A stretch of 33,386 nucleotides of DNA, from assembly GCA_023261405.1 (NCBI GenBank), contig JAHFOZ010000003.1, positions 1 through 33,386 on the forward strand. Reading direction: 5' to 3'. The position numbers were made by a program, and so were the translations under genes. Under the pieces are notes generated by a model. It searched no databases. It saw only the letters and a program-made list of their open reading frames with translations, and was not told where the DNA came from. Source of the stretch: Planctomycetota bacterium. GTDB taxonomy: Bacteria; Planctomycetota; MHYJ01; JACPRB01. Positions 1 to 6,929 of this stretch are shown here, piece by piece; the first letter of the stretch is position 1; each line of letters starts with the position of its first letter.

Positions 1-3000
1 ATCATTGCCTACAACGGGATCGGAAGCGTCGTCGCCTCGAACGCCCCCTTCAGCTTCACCACGACCACCTCCGACGCCACCCCGCCCCTGGCGGGCGCCG
101 TCAACGACGGCAGTGGGGCGGACATCGACTACCAGGCTTCCCTCGCCACGATCCAGGCCAACTGGAACGGCTTCAGCGACCCGGATTCCGGCATCACGGC
201 CTACGAATGGGCCATCGGGACCACGCCCGGCGGAACCCAGATGCAGGCCTTCACGGGCGTGGGGCTCTCCACGTCCGCCACGAACTCCTCCTTGAGCCTC
301 TCCGGCGGACAGACCTACTACGTCTCCGTCCGCGCCACCAACGGAGGAAGCCTCACCGTCACCGCCTCGAGCGACGGCGTGCAGGTCGACGTCGCCGCGC
401 CGACGGGCACCAGCGTGGTCATCAACGGCGGCGCGGCCGCGACCAACGCCACCGTCGTCACCCTGGCCCTGACCGCGACCGACGCGGCCTCGGGGGTGGC
501 CCAGATGCGTTTCTCGAACGACGGCCTTTCCTTCTCGCCGTACGAGCCCTTCGCCCCCTCGAAGGCCTGGATTCTCGTGGCGGGTGACGGTCCGAAAACC
601 GTGTACGTCCAGTTCGTGGACGCCGTGGGCAACACCGCCCCCGTCGTCACCGACGGCATCACGCTCGACACCGCGCCGCCCAACGCCCCCACGCCCCTGG
701 CCCCCGCCGACTCAGCCTCCTTCGTCGGTGGCTCGGTGAATTTCTCCTGGACCAACGAATCGGGCAGCGGGGCCGTGGCCTACCGCCTCCAGGTCGACAA
801 CAGCGCCGGCTTCTCCTCGCCGGAAGTCGACGCCCCCGGGCTTGCCGTGACGAGCTTCACCCCGGGCTCGGCGCTCGCGGTGGGCAGCTACTCGTGGCGC
901 GTCATCGCCTCGGATGCGGCGGGAAACACGGCCGCCAGCGCCGTCTTCACCTTCACCGTCCAGACGACGCCCCCGGCGACCCCCACGGGCCTCCTGGCTT
1001 CGGTCAGCGGCGCGGATGTGACGTTCAACGGCACCGTGACGGACCCCGACCTCGACCCGGTGCGGCTCGACGTCGAGATCCAGCCCGTCGGGACGCCGTT
1101 CACCGGGACGCCCACCGCATTCAGCGCCTTCATCGCCAGCGGCGGCGTGGCGAGCCGGACCGTCCTCGGGCTGGCGAACGGGAGCTACGACTGGCGGGCG
1201 CGGGCCGTGGACCTCCAGGGCTTCGCCTCGGCGTGGTTCGACATCCCCGGGTCTCCCGACTTCGCCGTCAGCGTGGCGCCCAACAATCCCCCCGCGGCGC
1301 CGGCGGCGGCCGGCCTCGAGCAGCTGACGAACGCGCTCGTCCCCATTCCCGTCGGCAACGTCACCAACGAGACCCTGGTGAAGTGCCGGGCCACCGTCAG
1401 CGACCCGGACGGCGACGCGACCCGCCTGGAGATCGAGTTCCTTCCCACGTCCGCGGCCTTCACCGGGGTGCCCACCCACTCCAGCGCCCTCGCCCCGAAC
1501 GGCGCGGCCGTCGTCATCACCGCCTCGGGCCTGGCGAACGGGACCTGGCACTGGCGCGCCCGGTTCGTGGACGCCTCGGGTGCGGCCTCCGCGTGGACGA
1601 GCTTCGGGGGCAACGCCGACGGCGCCCCCGATGTCCAGGTGAGCGTCCCGGTGACTTCGCCCCTCTCGCCGGCCAGCCTGGCCGTCTCGGTCGCCGGGAC
1701 GAGTTCCTCGGTCACGCTGCAGGCCTTGCTCGTCGACCCGGGGGACACGATCCAGCTCCAGGTGGAAGTGGAGCCGAACCCCGGGACGTTCGGCGACGTT
1801 CCGGACGCCGGCAGCCCTTTCGTCGCGAGCGGCGGCACCGGCACGGTGCTGCTGGCCGGGCTGGCCGCGGGCAACTACATCTGGCAGGCGCGGGCGGCGG
1901 ACTCGGCGGGGAACATCAGCGCCTGGGTGGCCGGCCCCGGCTTCAGCGTCGCCCCCAACACGCCCCCCTCGGCGCCGTCGTCCCCCGGCGCGTTCAAGGC
2001 CGGCGGCGCCACCGCCGTCCCCCTCACCAACGAGACCCTCGTCGTCTTCCAGGCGGGCGTGAGCGACCCCGACAGCGACCCGGTCCAGCTGGAGGTGCAG
2101 GTCCAGCCCGGCGGGCTGTCCTTCGCCGGGGCCTTCGCCGCGAGCGGCGGCACGGCCTCCGTGGCCGCCACGCTCCCGCCGGGCTCCCACACCTGGCAGG
2201 TCTTTGCGCGCGACATCCGGGGGGCCGCCTCCGCGCTCGCGGCGGGCCCGCCCTTCACGATCAGCACCTCCGCCCCCGTGGTCTCCGCGGTCAGCGCCGT
2301 CCCGGCGACCGGCACGGCGCCGTTCAACGTGGACTTCTCCGCGTCGATCTCCGCGGCGAACGCCGTGGCGGGGATCGGCTGGGACTTCGACGGCGACGGG
2401 TCGATCGACTTCAACGGCGCGGGCTCCGCCACCGCCACGCGCGTCTACTCGGAGCCCGGGGTCTACCCGGCGAAGATCTACGTCACCGACATCGCGGGGA
2501 ACACGACGGTGGCGGGCGTCACGATCACGGCCAACGCGCCCCCGTCGCCGCTGTCCACGGTCGCCGCGGACAAGTCCGCCGGGCCCGCTCCGCTCGCGGT
2601 CAACTTCTCGGCGACGCTCGCCGGCGCGAGCAGGGTGGTGGCGCTGAGCTGGGACTTCGATGGCGACGGGAACCCCGATGCGGTGACCGCCGGACCGAAC
2701 GCGACCCACACCTACTTTGCGCCCGGCACCTACCCGGCCCGCCTCCGCGTCGTGTACGACGACGCCACCTACGAGACCGTCCCCCTGGCGCCGGCGATCG
2801 TGGTGACGAACCCGCCCGGCGGCCTTTCCACGGTCCGCATCGTGCGTGCCTTCGCCGACTCCGACAACGACCTCCAGCGGGGCGCGACCGAGGCCATCCT
2901 CGGAAGCAACCTCGTCTCGGGCCTGGGCGGCTCCACCGTGACCGTTCAGGCCGGGCAGCGCCTGGGAATGGAAGGCTCCACCACGCTGGCCGCCGGCCTG

Positions 3001-5574
3001 GAGGTGCACGCCTGGGAATGGGACTTCACGGGGTCGGGCGAGATCGACCGGGGATCCGCTACAAGCAGCACCGGCACGCACGTCTACGAATCGGCGGGGA
3101 ACTACGTGGCGACCCTCCACCTGACCGACCGGGTGGCCGCGACCGGGCTGCCCCGCGCACGCGCCAGCACTTCCGTGAACGTGAGGGTCCTCCCCCCGAC
3201 GGCGGAGAACCCCCGCGTGTTCTTCACCCAGCCGGCGTATCGCGGGCGGACGATCGGCGGCAACTGCTTCACGTTCGAGGTGACCGCCGTGCCCGCCACG
3301 GTCATCGATTACCCGACCGTCCGGGTGCAGTTCTCCCTGTTCTCCTCCGGCCCGTGGACCGACCTCCCGGTCTCGTCGGTCGCCCTCGGCCGGCCCGCCG
3401 TCCGCCTGACGGTGAACCTGGCGTCCCTCATCCCCGGGACCCTGACCGGCGGGACCCCCTACTACTGGCGTTGCCGCGCGACCACCCTGGGCGGCGTGCC
3501 TGTCACGATCGATTCCGACGCCCCGGACCAGCAGGGACCGTTCCCCCTCGTGCCGCTCGCCGCCGGCGCGCAGATCCAGAGCGACTGCACCGGCCCCCTG
3601 GTCACCACCCTCGAGCTGGACCCCACGGCCCGGAACGAGGCCGCCGCCCCGGGCCAGACCCGGGTGGTCATCCCCTTCGAGGGACTTCCGCCCCCTCCCA
3701 CGCCGGCCGACGCGCTGCAGATCCTCCTGAGGAACCTGGATTCCAACCCCGCCGGCACGTCCGCCTCCGTGGCCGACGGCATCAATTGCACGATGGCGTT
3801 CGTGAGCGGGTTCCGCGAGGTGAAGGTGACGGACGGCAGCGGCAACGCCTTCTCGCTGCTGAAGCCGGCCCGCGTGCGGATCTACTACAACGACGCCGAC
3901 GACGACGGCTTCCTGGACGGGACCTCCCAGAACGAGCTCGACCTGAGGATCTTCCGGTTCGTGAACGGCCGCTGGGCGGAGCTCGAGGACGTGATCCGCC
4001 ACCCGGGCGAGAACTGGATCGAGGGGACGACGACCGGATTCAGTTTCTTCTCGGCGGGCGCGGAGAACGTGTCGGGAGGAGGGACGCCGCTGATCGCGCG
4101 GGGGGACCACTGCTCCTCGGGGGCGGCGGCCGCCGGAACGAACCCGATACTCCCGGCGGCGCTGGGGGCGCTCCTCCTCGCCGGCGCCTGGGTCGCCCGC
4201 CGCCGCCGGGGCCCCAAGATCCTCGCGTGTCTCCTGGTCCTGTCGGGGGCTTCCGGCACCGTCTTCGCCCAGGAGCCGAACAAGCAGGAGGCGATCGAGC
4301 AGGAGAAGCGGAAGGCGTTGGGAGCGGGGGACCGCGGCGAGGCCGTCGGCGACGATCTCCTCTGCGAATACGGGGCATGGTCCAGGTCCGCCTACTACGG
4401 CTATCGCCGGGGGGACGGGAGAAAGGTCGGGTGGTTCGACGAGGACATCCGGGTCTGGCTGGACCTGGGATACCTGGAGGCGCACCGGCTCTATCTCCGC
4501 GCCCGCGAGGAGGTGCTCCTCTACTCGGGGGGCGACGACCCCGAGGGAGGGCACGACACCCAGGGGGGGCGGCCCCACATGGACCTCGCCTTCTATGAAG
4601 TGGGAAACGCCACGCTCCGGGCGCGCGCGGGCCGCCAGTACATCGGGCTGGGGATCGGCTTCGTCTACAACCAGGTCGGGGATGGGCTGAGCGCGGAGGC
4701 CCGCCTGGATCCCTTCCGCCTGTCGGCCTTCGGGGCGCGTTCGGTACACTCCCAGGACGACATCGACCGCAGCCGCCCCAACTTCGACGATTCCAGGCGC
4801 TTCTTCGCGGGCGGACAGCTGGACATCGACGTGCTCGGCGACCACAAACCCTACGTCATCGCCATGGTCCAGCGGGATCACAACGGGGACGAGAGGGCCA
4901 CGCAGGAGTTCACCTTCGACTCGGAGTACCTGGGGGCCGGGATCGCCGGGCAGGTGGGGACGTACATCACCTACGCGGCGGAGGGGGTCCTCGAGACGGG
5001 ATCCCGGTTCGCCACGGGCCAGGTGGACGATCCCGAGAAGATCCGGGCCATGGCGTTCCTGGCGCGCGGGAGCCTCTTCCTGAAGGAGGACAGTTCCCTG
5101 GTGCTCCGGGGCGAGTACATCTTCGGGAGCGGCGACGGCGACCGCTCCTCCGCCGTGAATACCGTGAACGGCAACACGGCCGGCACGGACGACGAATCGT
5201 TTCTCGGCTTCGGGTACCTCTTCACCGGCCTCGCCCTCTCCCCGCGGCCGATCAACCTGCACATCCTCCACGGCGGATTCGCGGCCACGCTCCACACGGA
5301 CGAGGCGGGGACGACGGCGGTGGACGCCGGGATCGACGCCTTCATCTTCCGCAAGCATCGCAAGGACGGCGGGATCGACGACCCCTTCGCGGCCCCCTTC
5401 AGCGGGTTCATCAGCCGGGACATCGGGGAGGAGATCGACCTCTACCTCAACTGGAAGGCGCTCTCCGACCTAGGGTTCACGCTCCGCTATGGCGCCTTCA
5501 TTCCCGGGCTCGCGTACAAGAGCTCGGATCCCTACCGGTATTACTTCGGGGTCGGGATGGTATACTCGTTCTGA
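1..5574 (+). CDS. Giant secreted cell-surface (adhesin-like) protein, 5'-partial: FN3/Ig-like repeats, three PKD domains, internal MYXO-CTERM-like segment, fused C-terminal alginate-export-like OM beta-barrel
   Basis: Frame 1 is open from nt 1. There is no stop before the listed ATG at 241, and nt 1-240 translate to IIAYNGIGSVV...YEWAIGTTPGGTQ, which continues the same repeat style. Stop is TGA 5572-5574. PKD signatures WDFDGDG (~2377 and ~2647) and WDFTGSGE (~3013) are each followed by Y..G.Y...L.V.D. The last ~434 aa have alternating-hydrophobic strand patterns, an LRARAGRQYIGLGIGF motif and a terminal ...GVGMVYSF aromatic residue, typical of OM barrels (resembles Pfam Alginate_exp from memory). 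Confidence 0.9.
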   Translation: MIAYNGIGSVVASNAPFSFTTTTSDATPPLAGAVNDGSGADIDYQASLATIQANWNGFSDPDSGITAYEWAIGTTPGGTQMQAFTGVGLSTSATNSSLSLSGGQTYYVSVRATNGGSLTVTASSDGVQVDVAAPTGTSVVINGGAAATNATVVTLALTATDAASGVAQMRFSNDGLSFSPYEPFAPSKAWILVAGDGPKTVYVQFVDAVGNTAPVVTDGITLDTAPPNAPTPLAPADSASFVGGSVNFSWTNESGSGAVAYRLQVDNSAGFSSPEVDAPGLAVTSFTPGSALAVGSYSWRVIASDAAGNTAASAVFTFTVQTTPPATPTGLLASVSGADVTFNGTVTDPDLDPVRLDVEIQPVGTPFTGTPTAFSAFIASGGVASRTVLGLANGSYDWRARAVDLQGFASAWFDIPGSPDFAVSVAPNNPPAAPAAAGLEQLTNALVPIPVGNVTNETLVKCRATVSDPDGDATRLEIEFLPTSAAFTGVPTHSSALAPNGAAVVITASGLANGTWHWRARFVDASGAASAWTSFGGNADGAPDVQVSVPVTSPLSPASLAVSVAGTSSSVTLQALLVDPGDTIQLQVEVEPNPGTFGDVPDAGSPFVASGGTGTVLLAGLAAGNYIWQARAADSAGNISAWVAGPGFSVAPNTPPSAPSSPGAFKAGGATAVPLTNETLVVFQAGVSDPDSDPVQLEVQVQPGGLSFAGAFAASGGTASVAATLPPGSHTWQVFARDIRGAASALAAGPPFTISTSAPVVSAVSAVPATGTAPFNVDFSASISAANAVAGIGWDFDGDGSIDFNGAGSATATRVYSEPGVYPAKIYVTDIAGNTTVAGVTITANAPPSPLSTVAADKSAGPAPLAVNFSATLAGASRVVALSWDFDGDGNPDAVTAGPNATHTYFAPGTYPARLRVVYDDATYETVPLAPAIVVTNPPGGLSTVRIVRAFADSDNDLQRGATEAILGSNLVSGLGGSTVTVQAGQRLGMEGSTTLAAGLEVHAWEWDFTGSGEIDRGSATSSTGTHVYESAGNYVATLHLTDRVAATGLPRARASTSVNVRVLPPTAENPRVFFTQPAYRGRTIGGNCFTFEVTAVPATVIDYPTVRVQFSLFSSGPWTDLPVSSVALGRPAVRLTVNLASLIPGTLTGGTPYYWRCRATTLGGVPVTIDSDAPDQQGPFPLVPLAAGAQIQSDCTGPLVTTLELDPTARNEAAAPGQTRVVIPFEGLPPPPTPADALQILLRNLDSNPAGTSASVADGINCTMAFVSGFREVKVTDGSGNAFSLLKPARVRIYYNDADDDGFLDGTSQNELDLRIFRFVNGRWAELEDVIRHPGENWIEGTTTGFSFFSAGAENVSGGGTPLIARGDHCSSGAAAAGTNPILPAALGALLLAGAWVARRRRGPKILACLLVLSGASGTVFAQEPNKQEAIEQEKRKALGAGDRGEAVGDDLLCEYGAWSRSAYYGYRRGDGRKVGWFDEDIRVWLDLGYLEAHRLYLRAREEVLLYSGGDDPEGGHDTQGGRPHMDLAFYEVGNATLRARAGRQYIGLGIGFVYNQVGDGLSAEARLDPFRLSAFGARSVHSQDDIDRSRPNFDDSRRFFAGGQLDIDVLGDHKPYVIAMVQRDHNGDERATQEFTFDSEYLGAGIAGQVGTYITYAAEGVLETGSRFATGQVDDPEKIRAMAFLARGSLFLKEDSSLVLRGEYIFGSGDGDRSSAVNTVNGNTAGTDDESFLGFGYLFTGLALSPRPINLHILHGGFAATLHTDEAGTTAVDAGIDAFIFRKHRKDGGIDDPFAAPFSGFISRDIGEEIDLYLNWKALSDLGFTLRYGAFIPGLAYKSSDPYRYYFGVGMVYSF
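961..2268 (+). repeat. Four tandem, diverged ~105-aa Ig-like modules inside the giant surface protein
   Basis: The protein-level pattern is repeated four times: (V/T)SDPD.D...LEVE..P.G..F.G.P...S.....G......GLA.G.Y.W.ARA.D..G..SAW......F.V.PN.PP.AP. Unit boundaries are approximately 961-1285, 1286-1650, 1651-1962 and 1963-2268. Confidence 0.7.
4102..4269 (+). other. Internal C-terminal-sorting-signal-like segment (GDHCSSG..hydrophobic helix..RRRR) directly followed by a signal-peptide-like segment (KILACLLVLSGASGTVFA/QE)
   Basis: Translation is GDHCSSGAAAAGTNPILPAALGALLLAGAWVARRRRG PKILACLLVLSGASGTVFAQEP. The first half has the Cys-Ser-Gly, TM-helix and Arg-cluster layout of MYXO-CTERM/PEP-CTERM-type anchors. 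The second half looks like an n-h-c signal peptide with an AxA-like cleavage site. No ATG/GTG/TTG and no stop occur in frame between them. Confidence 0.55.
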
Positions 5575-5587
5575 ACCGGAGGATCGC

Positions 5588-6070
5588 ATGCACCGCCTGC
5601 TTCCCGCGGCGCTCCTGATGCTGGGGGCGGCCTTCCCGGGCGAGGCCGACCCGCCGTCCCTGGAAGGGGACACGAGGTTTTACCGGGAGCTCCTCCAGAA
5701 GGCACGCTGCACGAACGAGGACGGCGCGCGCATCGTGCTGATCTTCGCGGAGAAGGCCGACTGGGCGAAACCCGACGAGCGCATGACCCGGGCGACCAAC
5801 ATGGGGTTCCTCGAGGAGAAGTGGGAGACCAAGGCGGAGGAGACGCTCCCCGCCGACCTGTTCGCGTACATGCTGTGCCAGGCCCTGAAGCTGAAGGGCG
5901 GGGTGACGGCGAGGCTCCTGGGGATGAGTCCCCGCACGGCCTATCGCGAGTGCGTCAGCCTCCGGCTCATGCGCGCCGGCGGTCAGGGCCGCGGCCTCGC
6001 CGGCCGCGAGGTGCTCAGCATCATGGCCCGCGCGGACGAGTACCGGAAGAAGCGGGAGGAGAAGAAATGA
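5588..6070 (+). CDS. Small secreted hypothetical protein (signal peptide; weak SLH-like helices)
   Basis: ATG at 5588 is preceded by GGAGG (5577-5581), 13 nt after the stop of the upstream gene. N-terminus MHRLLPAALLMLGAAFPGEA is signal-peptide-like. The stop TGA 6068-6070 overlaps the next start (ATGA). The ORF-track start at 5489 lies inside the upstream CDS and is rejected. Confidence 0.7.
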   Translation: MHRLLPAALLMLGAAFPGEADPPSLEGDTRFYRELLQKARCTNEDGARIVLIFAEKADWAKPDERMTRATNMGFLEEKWETKAEETLPADLFAYMLCQALKLKGGVTARLLGMSPRTAYRECVSLRLMRAGGQGRGLAGREVLSIMARADEYRKKREEKK

Positions 6071-6891
6071 CCTGCCTCGGGATCGCGCTCTGCCTCGCCC
6101 AGGCTGCCCCGGCGGCGCAGGAGCCGGCGCCGCCGAAGAAGGCCGCCCCGGCCGCCGTGGTCGAGAAGCTCAAAGGGGACGCGGACGTGAAGGCGCCCTC
6201 CGCGAAGGACTGGCAGCCCGCGAAGGAGGGGATGGGACTCGAGGAGGGGGCGCAGGTCTCCACGGGCTTCGACACCGAGATGGTCCTCAGGTTCGAAGGG
6301 GATCACCGGGTGACCCTGAAGGCGCTCACCCAGATCGAGGTGACGAAGCTGCTCCGGAGCGAGAAGGCGGTGGAGACGTCGATCCGCCTCGACATCGGAT
6401 CGATGAAAGGGAAGGTCGAGAAGGAGAGCGTTCCGGTCCGCTTCGAGGTGACCAGCCCGGTGGTCACCGCCTCGGTCAAGGGGACGGAGTGGACGTTCGG
6501 TTACAGCTCCGATTTCGGGTTCAGCGCCCGGGTCGTCGAGGGGCTCCTGGCGCTCGAGGGGGCCGGGGCGCCGAAGGTGGACGTCCCCGCGGGAGGCGCG
6601 GCGGCCACGCCCCCCGCGAACGCCCTGCAGCCGGGCGGCCCGCTGCCGCGCGGCCTGGCGCGGGGCTTCGAGATGCGCGAGAACGGCCGCGCCGTGGCGC
6701 TCTTCGATCGGGCCAGCCAGGCGGACTTCCGGGCGTCGGCGGTAGGAATGCCGCCCCAGTACGCCGAGTTCTCCCTGAACGACGCCGGGGTGTCGACCTC
6801 GGTGATGAGCCTCCGCTCGATCGTGAACGGGACCGGCTCCTTCCTGGTGCCCGCGGGCGGCGCCGTCTTCGCCCTCTGCCCCTGCCGCTGA
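6067..6891 (+). CDS. FecR-domain periplasmic protein
   Basis: ATG 6067 overlaps the upstream stop (ATGA) and is preceded by GGGAGGAG. FecR-like pattern: KGDADVK...WQPAKEGMGLEEGAQVSTGFDTEMVLRFEGDHRVTLKALTQI ... VTSPVVTASVKGTEWTF. It has a short hydrophobic N-terminus. Confidence 0.8.
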   Translation: MTCLGIALCLAQAAPAAQEPAPPKKAAPAAVVEKLKGDADVKAPSAKDWQPAKEGMGLEEGAQVSTGFDTEMVLRFEGDHRVTLKALTQIEVTKLLRSEKAVETSIRLDIGSMKGKVEKESVPVRFEVTSPVVTASVKGTEWTFGYSSDFGFSARVVEGLLALEGAGAPKVDVPAGGAAATPPANALQPGGPLPRGLARGFEMRENGRAVALFDRASQADFRASAVGMPPQYAEFSLNDAGVSTSVMSLRSIVNGTGSFLVPAGGAVFALCPCR

Positions 6892-6929
6892 GTGCCTCCA
6901 TCGACTCCCCGGATGCCAGTCCTCGTCGG

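Noticed and set aside
712-5358. Very long antisense and alternative-frame ORFs overlapping the giant surface protein (712-5358 minus, 1548 aa; 894-4598 plus, 1234 aa).
   Set aside because: Their translations are monotonous Arg/Gly/Pro/Ala/Asp strings with no recognisable motifs. The frame-1 product has clear PKD/Ig/barrel signatures. Stop-free shadow ORFs are expected in DNA with G/C at nearly every third codon position.
5489-6929. Longest-ORF starts at 5489, 5821 and 6489 for the three genes after the giant protein.
   Set aside because: They would overlap the preceding CDS by 86-400 nt and add R/G/P-rich leaders. The starts at 5588, 6067 and 6930 sit after the upstream stop (or overlap it as ATGA), and the first two have Shine-Dalgarno sequences.
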